DNA of 63,430 nt from a virus (taxonomy: Duplodnaviria; Caudoviricetes). Each line of letters opens with the position of its first letter. Within the stretch, counting starts at the first letter, position 1. The position numbers and the translations under genes are program-made. Positions 8,818 through 17,004 of this stretch are shown here, piece by piece. The notes beneath the pieces are model-generated. The model worked only from the letters and a program-made list of their open reading frames with translations. It had not been told where the DNA came from and did not search any database. The stretch covers positions 1-63,430 of the IMG/VR virus record IMGVR_UViG_3300043747_000006. One strand, given 5' to 3'.

Positions 8818-11018
8818 TCCGATTCCCCCTTGTTTTTGAACCATTCCGCGACCGGTATTCCTTCCCCCCAGCGCCTCATTACTTCGATATCTGTTCCGTT
8901 TGGAACCGTTTCGCCCCAACGGTAAGAATTAATCATAATATTGCGAATGTCTTCCGCTTCAGCTGGAGTAAAATCCTCCGGTACTTCAAAGATCAGCTCG
9001 TCATGGACCGTTGCCCAAAGCGACCATCCTGGCTTATTTGCGCAATACTCATGCGCTCTAAGCATCGTGACCTTTGTCTGAATTGACGAACTACCTTGCA
9101 CGCGGGCGTTTGTTCCTTGCCTTAGTGCGCGATTCTTTTTGCTGAAGTTAGGATCTCCCCAGCCTTTTAGTTTTAGTTTTCCGTCGGGAAGTCTGCGTTT
9201 TCGTGCTTCCTTATCTGTCCATACAAATCCGTATTTCTCAACGAATTTCTTATTACCTTCAATCCAAGCGTTTAGTTTCGGCATGCTCTCGAATAAATCC
9301 GACTGAAACTGTACGGCAGCCTTAACATCTACACCGAGCATCTCTGCTAAAGAGTATTTGCTCATTCCGTATAATGTCGCAAGCCAAACTACTTTCATTT
9401 GCTTACGCTCTTTCGTGTCGCTACCGTCTGCATTCTTGTAAACTTCCTCATACGGGCGCTTATAAAAGTTAGACGCCATCATTGCGTACGGATCACGTTC
9501 CTCTAAGAAAGCGTTGATTAGAACCGGCTCTTCCGAAAGGTACGCAACGCATCGAATTTCTTGCGCTTTAAAGTCGGCGCCAACCAAGACTTTGCCGTCC
9601 GGTGCAACGAACATCGGTCGGGCTTCTTGCGGTTGGTTTTGCGCATTGAATCCTTGACCGGTCGTATCCTCTTCGTCTTTACCTGAGCTAAATCGCCCTG
9701 TAACGGTGCCCATCGGATTAAACCGAGAATGCCAGCGCTTAGTGGTCGGATTTTGCTTTGTGGGCAACGCATCGATATATGTTCCGCTAAGTTTCGTGAT
9801 GTTCTTATACTCGAGCAGGTCCGCCACGATCTCAAACTCGCCTTTCAATGGCTTTAACGTTTTCTTTGCGTCCATATTCGGCAGCTCTTTTCTTATTGCT
9901 TTCGATAGTGCCGGCCGCATTTGCTGCGTTGAGTTTAAGTTCAACGGTTCATCTCCGATATGAAACGGTGTTAATGCTTCGATTAGTTTGGCGCTCAGTT
10001 CCTCCGCACGCCTACTAAGTCGCTCTCCGTACTCTTTCGCGAATGACAAGTCGAGAATATATCCGTTTGCCTCCAAATCGACGATAACGTAAAGCATAGG
10101 AACCTCGACCGTTTGGTAATAGTCAAGTACCGTCGGCATTTTCTCCATATGTTTGCGCTGAAACTCGTAAAGTTTCCACGTTAATTCCGTATCTTTTGCC
10201 GCATAAACAAGCGCCAAATCCAACGGAACGTCTTTAAATTGCGCATTCTTACCGAATAAGGTGTCGTACGTGTCGGACTCAACCCGTAGATACTTTGGAG
10301 CCAAATCCTTCAGCTTGAATGATCCGCCCATTTCGCGTTCATTTTCATTTAGAAGGTGCATGGCGATTTGCGTATCCCAAACAACGCCTTTCAAATCTGA
10401 TACGTGTCGTCTGAACATCGCAATATCGAATATCGCGTTATGCAATACCTTGCCGATTGATTCGTCGTATAAAATCGGCTTTAATCCTTCGAGCACATAT
10501 TCGCGAGATAATTGCTCGCAGTTTTCGTGTGCCACCGGAATGTAAACGTGCTTATCTGCGTTAGGTAAAGAGAATGACATCCCAACTATGATATCCGTAT
10601 AGACATCAACGCCGGTAGTCTCCGTATCCACTGCGATAATTGGCTCCGCCGCCAGCTCCGTTAATAATCGCTCGAATTGCCGTTCGGTCGTTATTAACTC
10701 GTAATTATCCGGAGTTTTCGCAACTAAGTCCTTTAGCTTTTGCTCTCGCTGACTTTCCGCCAGTTGCTTGTAAAGCCTAAGCGCCTCGGCCTTCGAGAAT
10801 CTTTTCGAAACGGAGGCGGGGTCCCTGCCTATAAGCCCCGCAACCATTCCGTTTTTTACTTCGATCAGTCTTGCTTGGTCCGCCTCGCTGTTTTTCATTT
10901 CGAGGATTCGCGCCCAGGCTTCGTCAATACTTTCCGTCGCCGCCTTCTTTTTCTCTGCTGCGCTTGCCAACCGCTGGCTTGCGTCCTTATCTGTCTTTAA
11001 ATTAAGCGAAATATTCAC
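8808..11018 (-). CDS. polA: DNA polymerase family A (3'-5' exonuclease plus polymerase)
   Basis: AVDTETTG, HNAIFD, YAAKD, TGRFSS, ADFKAQEIR, K...ATLYG, VHDE. Confidence 0.96.
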   Translation of the reverse strand: MNISLNLKTDKDASQRLASAAEKKKAATESIDEAWARILEMKNSEADQARLIEVKNGMVAGLIGRDPASVSKRFSKAEALRLYKQLAESQREQKLKDLVAKTPDNYELITTERQFERLLTELAAEPIIAVDTETTGVDVYTDIIVGMSFSLPNADKHVYIPVAHENCEQLSREYVLEGLKPILYDESIGKVLHNAIFDIAMFRRHVSDLKGVVWDTQIAMHLLNENEREMGGSFKLKDLAPKYLRVESDTYDTLFGKNAQFKDVPLDLALVYAAKDTELTWKLYEFQRKHMEKMPTVLDYYQTVEVPMLYVIVDLEANGYILDLSFAKEYGERLSRRAEELSAKLIEALTPFHIGDEPLNLNSTQQMRPALSKAIRKELPNMDAKKTLKPLKGEFEIVADLLEYKNITKLSGTYIDALPTKQNPTTKRWHSRFNPMGTVTGRFSSGKDEEDTTGQGFNAQNQPQEARPMFVAPDGKVLVGADFKAQEIRCVAYLSEEPVLINAFLEERDPYAMMASNFYKRPYEEVYKNADGSDTKERKQMKVVWLATLYGMSKYSLAEMLGVDVKAAVQFQSDLFESMPKLNAWIEGNKKFVEKYGFVWTDKEARKRRLPDGKLKLKGWGDPNFSKKNRALRQGTNARVQGSSSIQTKVTMLRAHEYCANKPGWSLWATVHDELIFEVPEDFTPAEAEDIRNIMINSYRWGETVPNGTDIEVMRRWGEGIPVAEWFKNKGESEWE

Positions 11019-11182
11019 GTATCCACCTCGCTAACGTTCATTGATCGATAAAACTCGCGCACTATTTCCGCCCCTTTGTCATCCGCCCATTCGCGAAAGC
11101 ATTGCTCGCCGCAGAAGTAGAGGTCCGCTCGGTCATCGTAGAGGGCGGTTTTTGATGCGCCACAGTTTGCGCAGTTACACAT
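11015..11182 (-). CDS. Small zinc-finger protein (55 aa)
   Basis: MCNCANCG...YFCGEQCFREW; hand translation. Confidence 0.6.
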   Translation of the reverse strand: MCNCANCGASKTALYDDRADLYFCGEQCFREWADDKGAEIVREFYRSMNVSEVDT

Positions 11183-11912
11183 CGAAGCGCGCCTCGACCG
11201 GAAATACTAGCGTTAAATCATTCGGACTTACGACGATGTTAGTCTCGACGTTATTTGACTGATTTAGTGCGACACGGGTCCTATTTGAAGCTACAACGGT
11301 CGTAAAACACTTCTTATACCGGACCGCGTCGCCTTTCTTAAACTCGTTAGGCTTGCGGCCGATTTTCGCCCATTTTTTAACCTCTTCAAATTTGCGTTTG
11401 GCCTCGGCGACTTCTTCGTCTGTTGCGCGGACTATATCCGCAGAGTAGAAATAGTCATGGTCTTTTTCGAACAGACTATCGACTCTATGCTCGCCTTCTT
11501 CTCCGAATCCTTCGACTATTTTCCCTACTTCACCGACGTTAATTCCTCCATACTGTCCAGGTGAAACCACTCTTACGTAATCACCGACTTTAAACGGATC
11601 CTCCGCCGGCTCCTTGCCAGCTATTTCGTACACTTCGAAATCTTCCCCGTAAAGGTTAAATTCATCTCCTACATCGTCAATGATTTCTCCATCACCGTCC
11701 CCATCAACGGTTTTAACTTCGTAATATTTTCCGGCCGTAACATCATAGACAGATTCGGTAAATTTAACGAAATCGCCCACTTTTGGCTTGCGTCCGATGA
11801 CTTTGCGATACTCGTTATCTACCGTTGGCTCACCGAATGCTTTTGCCATTTGCTTTAATTCCTCGATAGTACCTTCGATAACCATTCCGTCTGCTAAAGT
11901 AATTTTCGCCAT
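11175..11912 (-). CDS. Hypothetical protein with repeated SH3/KOW-like units
   Basis: Three (F/P)K(V/K)GDxV units. Confidence 0.75.
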   Translation of the reverse strand: MAKITLADGMVIEGTIEELKQMAKAFGEPTVDNEYRKVIGRKPKVGDFVKFTESVYDVTAGKYYEVKTVDGDGDGEIIDDVGDEFNLYGEDFEVYEIAGKEPAEDPFKVGDYVRVVSPGQYGGINVGEVGKIVEGFGEEGEHRVDSLFEKDHDYFYSADIVRATDEEVAEAKRKFEEVKKWAKIGRKPNEFKKGDAVRYKKCFTTVVASNRTRVALNQSNNVETNIVVSPNDLTLVFPVEARFDV

Positions 11913-11914
11913 TA

Positions 11915-12301
11915 TTAGACCGCCTCCGCTTCCGTATTATTTAACTCAATCCAGCGCTTCTTTGCGGACTGCTCTGTACTCCAATATTCCGTCTGACCCG
12001 TACATTCGAACATAAAAGCGCGGTTCTTATCTACCCCAATGATATAGTCCGTTTCTTCTTTCGTGTAAGGAAGTCCGTTATTTTTTCGTGTATATACTAC
12101 AAGAGCATTAGCGCGATCAGTACGAATTCTGAGCGTTTTGACTTGGATGCGATAAGCTTTGGCGTTAACTGGGTCCCACGCCAGGAGATCATACACCTCG
12201 GGACAAAGCGGACGCGCCACTTCGTACCCAAGAGTTTCCATTAGCAATTTTGCGGCTGTCAATTCAGATATCGCTCCGGTTACAGTTGTTTCGTGAGCCA
12301 T
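11915..12301 (-). CDS. PD-(D/E)XK endonuclease (group I intron-associated type, free-standing)
   Basis: GAISEL, GYEVARP, YDLL, RIQVKT. Confidence 0.8.
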   Translation of the reverse strand: MAHETTVTGAISELTAAKLLMETLGYEVARPLCPEVYDLLAWDPVNAKAYRIQVKTLRIRTDRANALVVYTRKNNGLPYTKEETDYIIGVDKNRAFMFECTGQTEYWSTEQSAKKRWIELNNTEAEAV

Positions 12302-12313
12302 TATTTCGCCTCC

Positions 12314-13075
12314 TTAAAATTGATAATCGTCTTCTTTTAAGTCCGTGCCACCTGCGCCAATACTTAGCCCGACCAAAGTAATATCAAAGCCCGCCGCCAC
12401 CAAGCTCTCCGTCATTTCCTTGTCATCAGCTTCGTAAAGCAGTCCGTCAAACAACGACATATCAAACTCGGCTCCATCGTACTTTTCGAAGTTAGCGCGT
12501 TCTTTATCGTTTAGATCCTCGTCTAAGTCGAACAATAGCGATAGCATAACCGTTGTTTGCTGGCCGGACCCCGTTTTCGATAGCTCAAACGCAACCTTAC
12601 CGAGCTTCTTCTCGTTCTTCTTAATTACCGCGTGGACACCTTGCGCTTGCTTCTTCGATAAGTCAACGATGATTGGTTCGCCGGTCGCCAAGTCGATAAA
12701 TCCGAGTGCATAGCGTTCTTTAACACGGAATTTATAAGCAGCATCTCCGTAAGCCTTTTCGTCCGCAGCGTTACCTTCGTCTTGCGCCTTGAATTTAAGA
12801 TCTTGGTAGTACTTTGACGCCAAATCCCACGAAGTTAAGTTGTCAGTCGGGAACCCTTTCGCATTCTTAACGGATGGATTTTTCGCAACAAAACTGTTAA
12901 CTTTGCCGAACACTCCGTAACTGTAAAATCTGATTAGATCCGCAACCCCTAAGATCCGCACCTTATAAGTTGTTCCGCTTTTAAAGCTTGCAAATCCGAT
13001 TTTATTTGCGTTGCCACCTTCGTTTGTTGCGTTAAGTGCGTTTAGCGCATCAGCGCCGCTTTGAAACTGACTCAT
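12314..13075 (-). CDS. Single-stranded DNA-binding protein (gp32-like)
   Basis: VRIL, FELSKTGSG..T motif, acidic tail ending EDDYQF; replication context. Confidence 0.7.
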   Translation of the reverse strand: MSQFQSGADALNALNATNEGGNANKIGFASFKSGTTYKVRILGVADLIRFYSYGVFGKVNSFVAKNPSVKNAKGFPTDNLTSWDLASKYYQDLKFKAQDEGNAADEKAYGDAAYKFRVKERYALGFIDLATGEPIIVDLSKKQAQGVHAVIKKNEKKLGKVAFELSKTGSGQQTTVMLSLLFDLDEDLNDKERANFEKYDGAEFDMSLFDGLLYEADDKEMTESLVAAGFDITLVGLSIGAGGTDLKEDDYQF

Positions 13076-13091
13076 TAAATCGTCTCCTTTT

Positions 13092-13400
13092 CGGCTATTG
13101 CCGTTAATATTCGAACACCGGATAGATCCCGCGCCCGATAGCGACTGCCTCGTTACTTACCGGCCTATAGCCGTGGTATGTTCCGACATAAATTCCCGAG
13201 TATGCCCTCGTCGAGGTAATCGCTATCCGACGCGAAAGGTCGGTTGATTGTTTTCTTTCATAAGAAGGCGTTCTCCAGTCGCCCGTGACCGCTCCGAAAG
13301 CCGCCAAGTCATGGACGGTGGGCCGACCGTTACGTACAGTCAGCTTGCGTCAGCGCTTTTGTTCGAAGCGTTCACCGGCGGGCGACGTCACTTCGTCGCC
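13092..13400 (-). ncRNA. Candidate highly structured RNA / 5' leader of ssb
   Basis: 16-bp stem (13137-13152 with 13212-13227) enclosing three hairpins, plus at least five further hairpins and two 8-bp long-range pairings. Confidence 0.65.
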
Positions 13401-13495
13401 TTGCGTTGAGAGTCGTGTGAGTTACCATAAAATTTCAAGTACATCGCGATCATTTTCTTATGCTTAACATCCGCGAGATTTATTAATTTTGCCAT
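13388..13495 (-). CDS. 35-aa leader ORF
   Basis: GGTGGAG RBS; MAKLINLADVKHKKMIAMYLKFYGNSHDSQRKATK. Confidence 0.45.
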   Translation of the reverse strand: MAKLINLADVKHKKMIAMYLKFYGNSHDSQRKATK

Positions 13496-13744
13496 CCGAA
13501 CTCCACCGCCTAAATTTTCGTATTATATTCCGTCAATAGGGCATATTATCTATTAAGTAGGAAATCTGCCTTAATTTACCTTAATTTGTTGCGTTTTTAG
13601 ACACATTTGCGTATTATAGTAAAGGTGAATTAACGTAAAATTAATGTAAAGTTAATTAAGTTGATAATGACATCCGCCTTACGCGGTGTTAAAATGAAAT
13701 CAAGGATCCGAGATTCAATGCCTAAGAACCTCGGCCCTTAAATA

Positions 13745-14356
13745 TTAAAGCGCAACTAAATAGTCTTGGTAATTTCCGAACTGTTTGGTACTATACTTCG
13801 CTGCCAGGCGAGTTAATGCGCGTGTTACTTTCGAATGGTGATATCCTAATTCCTTTGCGATTGCCGTCGCGGTAGGTTTCGGGTGAGCCAAGAACGTCTC
13901 AACGATCGCCGTCGTTGTTTCGTCCGCATTTTGGAGAAGAGAGCTGATCAGCGCCAACTGATCGGCTTTTTTCTTTGCGGTTATATATTCTTCGAGGTTG
14001 TATTCGTCCTTGATTTCGAATGCCACTTCGGAACCGTCGTCGTTTTCAACCGGTGTTGCATAAACCTCGAATTCGGATAATCGCTTTTTCTTACGGTAGA
14101 TGTCGTTACGTTTGAAGCGAATGCTACGATTAAGCATGTTGATGAAATCGGCTCGACCGTCGTACTTTTCGATGCAATTCAGCAAGGTATCTTCGTAAGC
14201 TGCGATTGTTTCCGCTTTGCTCGCCCGAATCGATTTGCCGACCGTTTCAAGACTTCGCCAGTTAGCGGATACCATTTCGTAGAGCTGCGTGAATGTTTCG
14301 TCACTTCGATCGTTTTGATACTTCAGCACCAGGTTATTAAGTTGTTGGTTATTCAA
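13745..14356 (-). CDS. Sigma-70-like phage transcription factor
   Basis: Region-2-like N-terminus (LVLKYQ..FTQLY..), C-terminal HTH (TATAIAKELGYHHSKVTRAL); TTG start at 14356 after AAGGAG. Confidence 0.7.
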   Translation of the reverse strand: MNNQQLNNLVLKYQNDRSDETFTQLYEMVSANWRSLETVGKSIRASKAETIAAYEDTLLNCIEKYDGRADFINMLNRSIRFKRNDIYRKKKRLSEFEVYATPVENDDGSEVAFEIKDEYNLEEYITAKKKADQLALISSLLQNADETTTAIVETFLAHPKPTATAIAKELGYHHSKVTRALTRLAAKYSTKQFGNYQDYLVAL

Positions 14357-14382
14357 TCTCAACACTCCTTTTATCGTGGCTT

Positions 14383-14418
14383 CACTATATAAAACGTATG
14401 AGTTTATAATGTCGCGCA
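14383..14418 (-). promoter_or_regulatory. Phage promoter-like motif, copy 2: TGCGCGA-N19-TTATATAGTG
   Basis: Directly upstream of the sigma-like gene RBS. Confidence 0.7.
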
Positions 14419-14509
14419 CTTTATTAAAATTATTTTTTTAAAACTTTTTGAAGTACTTGCACGTTTTGCTTGTATTAAATATAGCACGGTTATTTGGTAA
14501 ATTGTAGAA

Positions 14510-14556
14510 AGTAAACAATCTTCCAATTCTGATATTTTGTTTACTGTAGTGAACAT
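14510..14556. promoter_or_regulatory. Overlapping operator-like sites downstream of the aimP terminator
   Basis: AGTAAACAA-N18-TTGTTTACT (14510-14545) overlapping TGTTTACT-GT-AGTGAACAT (14538-14556). Confidence 0.6.
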
Positions 14557-14582
14557 AAAAAAAGACAGCCACAAGGGCTGTC
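14557..14582 (-). terminator. Intrinsic terminator after aimP
   Basis: GACAGCC-CTTGT-GGCTGTC followed by T7. Confidence 0.85.
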
Positions 14583-14601
14583 GAATAAGTTATAAGTGTA
14601 C

Positions 14602-14733
14602 TCATCCACCGACTTTATTAGCATAAGCAGTCACATTTCCCACTGCTGTATTTTTGCTATTGTCCCCTTTAAGCGCTAACGGAATCACGACGATCGCTGT
14701 AATAACTAAAACACTTAATAAAATTTTCTTCAA
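14602..14733 (-). CDS. aimP: Arbitrium pre-pro-peptide AimP (43 aa)
   Basis: TTG start; MKKILLSVLVITAIVVIPLALKGDNSKNTAVGNVTAYANKVGG; signal peptide plus C-terminal GG peptide, immediately after aimR. Confidence 0.88.
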   Translation of the reverse strand: MKKILLSVLVITAIVVIPLALKGDNSKNTAVGNVTAYANKVGG

Positions 14734-15886
14734 ACTCAACATCCCCTTTAATTTCGATTTTGTAATCGATGAATTCATTGATCATTTCTGAACTCTCACC
14801 CATTTTTTTAGCTTCCCTGGCTGCGACACTAGCGAAATAATAGTTATGTTGCTTTGCGAAACTCCTACGACATTCATGGATGTGTTTTAACGAATTTTTT
14901 GCAATGGCGTTTATTAAAGTCAAAAAATCGTCATCACCTTGCTGGAATATCGCCTCCTTTATTAATTTTAACTCGAATTCACTTCCTTTATTACTTTGTA
15001 GTCTAAGAAGTATCGGATCAGAATCAGCAGCTAGTTGATCGTTCAAATAAAGTTTAGTGAAGTCTAAGTCGCGTCTTGCGTTCGTTTCTATATCGTCATC
15101 GCCGACTAGTTTAGAGATTTCGTATCTTGTCTGAAGATGTTTTATTGTTCTTTCTTTATCTTCGGACAGATAACTCATCCCTAGTAAATAATAAGCATCA
15201 GAAACGGTTTTCGCGCAGATATTTGCATTAATAATTAAATTTGCGTAATATCTTGCTGATTCTAAGTCGTTTAAAAACAAACCTACATTACCTAAGACTT
15301 CTGCAATTCTATGTAAGTAACACTCTTTAAGGAATAAATGTCGATCACCTAAGCTATTTATACGTTCTTCTGCATCCTTTGCGGTTTCTAACATTAACCA
15401 ATACTTTTCAGCAAAGTAGTAATTATAGCATTTAATAATATCGCACAATATTGAAAGTTCACCCTTCAATTGACCAATTTTACCCAGTCTCGAAATTAAG
15501 TCTTTAGCCCCTATTTTATTTGTATAAAAATCGTACAAAATAGAATATATAGCAATGTACTTAGTTAAAGATTTATCTTCACGGTGTTTTTCAATTAAGG
15601 CATTTAAAAGAGGTTTGTTCCTGGTGATTGAGGCATATTCAAAACTTTGTTTTATCGATTCTGTTGAATTAAGGCGTAAACACCAATTTTCCATGATTTC
15701 TTTTTGATTAGAAGGGTACAGAAAATAAGAAAGTTTAAGAAGTTTACGGAAGCCCAGCCCTTTCTTGCCATGAAGATAATCAGACAATTCTTGCTTTGTG
15801 CTTTCAATAAAATCAGCAACAACAATAAGTGGTAAGTCCGTATCTTCTATTGTATTTCCGATTTCTTTATATAATTTATGCATCAA
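14669..15886 (-). CDS. aimR: Arbitrium receptor AimR (HTH plus TPR, RRNPP family)
   Basis: N-terminal HTH, IKQSFEYAS motif, TPR-like helices (AYYLLGMSYL), followed by aimP. Confidence 0.9.
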   Translation of the reverse strand: MMHKLYKEIGNTIEDTDLPLIVVADFIESTKQELSDYLHGKKGLGFRKLLKLSYFLYPSNQKEIMENWCLRLNSTESIKQSFEYASITRNKPLLNALIEKHREDKSLTKYIAIYSILYDFYTNKIGAKDLISRLGKIGQLKGELSILCDIIKCYNYYFAEKYWLMLETAKDAEERINSLGDRHLFLKECYLHRIAEVLGNVGLFLNDLESARYYANLIINANICAKTVSDAYYLLGMSYLSEDKERTIKHLQTRYEISKLVGDDDIETNARRDLDFTKLYLNDQLAADSDPILLRLQSNKGSEFELKLIKEAIFQQGDDDFLTLINAIAKNSLKHIHECRRSFAKQHNYYFASVAAREAKKMGESSEMINEFIDYKIEIKGDVEFEENFIKCFSYYSDRRDSVSA

Positions 15887-15951
15887 ATTTCCTCCTTTAA
15901 AAAGTTATGTTAATTTTTACCGTTATTTGTTATAATTACATTGTACCGAAA

Positions 15952-15971
15952 ATGTTCACTAAAGTAAACAT
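15952..15971. promoter_or_regulatory. Operator palindrome overlapping the aimR sigmaA promoter
   Basis: ATGTTCACT-AA-AGTAAACAT; overlaps minus-strand TTTACT-N17-TACAAT; divergent extended -10 TGTTATAAT at 15928-15936. Confidence 0.65.
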
Positions 15972-15985
15972 AAAAATGGAAGGAT

Positions 15986-16201
15986 GTGTATAAATTGATA
16001 GATTTTTCCCCGCTTCGTAAAACACTAGAGGAGAAAAACATGGTAATTAGTGACATGCGCGATAAAATCCTTCACCCAAAAACCATTGCAGCAATAAACA
16101 AAAACGGAGATGTCAACCTAAGCACGGTCGAAAAGATCTGCTTATTTCTTGACGTTCCAATCGAAAAAGTTGTCCGCTTTACTCCTGACGGCTCCAAATA
16201 A
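15986..16201 (+). CDS. Cro/C1-type HTH regulator (HTH_26-like), divergent from aimR
   Basis: FSPLRKTL...TIAAINKNGDVNLSTVEKICLFLDVPIEKVV; start possibly TTG at 15995. Confidence 0.85.
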   Translation: MYKLIDFSPLRKTLEEKNMVISDMRDKILHPKTIAAINKNGDVNLSTVEKICLFLDVPIEKVVRFTPDGSK

Positions 16202-16330
16202 TACGCAAAAAAGCCAACGCGAAAATGAGGACCTGGTATGGTCGCAAATTTTTACGTTGGCTTCGAGACCGCGTATGAAAACACGGTAAACAAGTAAACC
16301 TTTGTATGTCGGACGTCACCGCAAACCGTG

Positions 16331-16714
16331 TTAGGGAATCGTGACTTGCCCGTTAGCTATTAGTTTTTCTAAATCGCGGTTAAGGTAAAGGACACTGACC
16401 GAATGCCCTAAATCCGCGTTTGTTCGGTGGTCCATTCTTGTTATCCGCAAAGTAGCATTATGCGCCTGTATAACGCCCTGGAACTGATCGCACACATCAT
16501 CGTAAATCATTTCGTAAAACTGCTCATGTATCGCTGGGTCGCGGTTCACAAAGCGAAAGAGCATTTGCTCAAGGCCGGTAAACTTTGCGTAAAATTTTAA
16601 AATGATAACGTCACCCAAAATGCGAACCTGCGCTTTACTCGATCCAGCGCTAGATAAGGCTTTCCGGGCCACGCTAAACAGTTTTGCCATGCTCGTTTCT
16701 ACATCTTTTAACAT
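16331..16714 (-). CDS. DUF2294/MpsC-family-like protein
   Basis: RK..G..AQVRILGDVIIL...FTGLEQML...VSVLYLNRDLE pattern. Confidence 0.55.
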   Translation of the reverse strand: MLKDVETSMAKLFSVARKALSSAGSSKAQVRILGDVIILKFYAKFTGLEQMLFRFVNRDPAIHEQFYEMIYDDVCDQFQGVIQAHNATLRITRMDHRTNADLGHSVSVLYLNRDLEKLIANGQVTIP

Positions 16715-16762
16715 TTTAAATCGAATCCTTTCTTAATTTAATACTAGCGAGGTGAAGCACCG

Positions 16763-16987
16763 CTGATTACGGTCGGAAGGTGCTTGCTACAAAATCGGCT
16801 TGACGAAGTTGGTATGACTCAAGTCCAGTTAGCGGATAAAATCCGTAAGACACCGTCTTATATATCGGATATAGCAAACGGACGCCATACCCTTTCGCTC
16901 AAAAACGCCAAGTTGATCGCCGATGCAATCGGATGCCACATCGACGACCTTTACGAATGGCATTACGCTCGTAGCAAGCGCCAGTAG
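16763..16987 (+). CDS. Xre-family HTH regulator, probable CTG start
   Basis: GAGGTG RBS 8 nt before an in-frame CTG (MITVGRCLLQNRL...MTQVQLA...IADAIGCHIDDLYEW). Confidence 0.8.
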   Translation: MITVGRCLLQNRLDEVGMTQVQLADKIRKTPSYISDIANGRHTLSLKNAKLIADAIGCHIDDLYEWHYARSKRQ

Positions 16988-17004
16988 AAAGGTTTGTAAC
17001 GAAT

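Noticed and set aside
11055-11063. AGTGCGCGA as a fifth promoter copy
   Set aside because: Inside a small zinc-finger ORF and has no TATA-like box 19 nt downstream
13137-13227. Four-way junction as a tRNA
   Set aside because: No TTC/T-loop, D-loop GG or 7-nt anticodon loop, and the stem lengths are wrong
13104-13467. Track ORFs 13104-13307 (-) and 13285-13467 (+) as genes
   Set aside because: No RBS or protein-like features; the region is better explained as structured RNA
14357-14419. Track start (14419) for the sigma-like gene
   Set aside because: The extension overlaps the promoter motif and has no RBS; TTG at 14356 has AAGGAG
14579-14585. TGTCGAA at the aimP terminator as a Spo0A box
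   Set aside because: A single copy formed partly by the terminator stem; within chance expectation
14420-16780. LexA/DinR box in the control region
   Set aside because: No CGAAC-N4-GTTCG match found by eye
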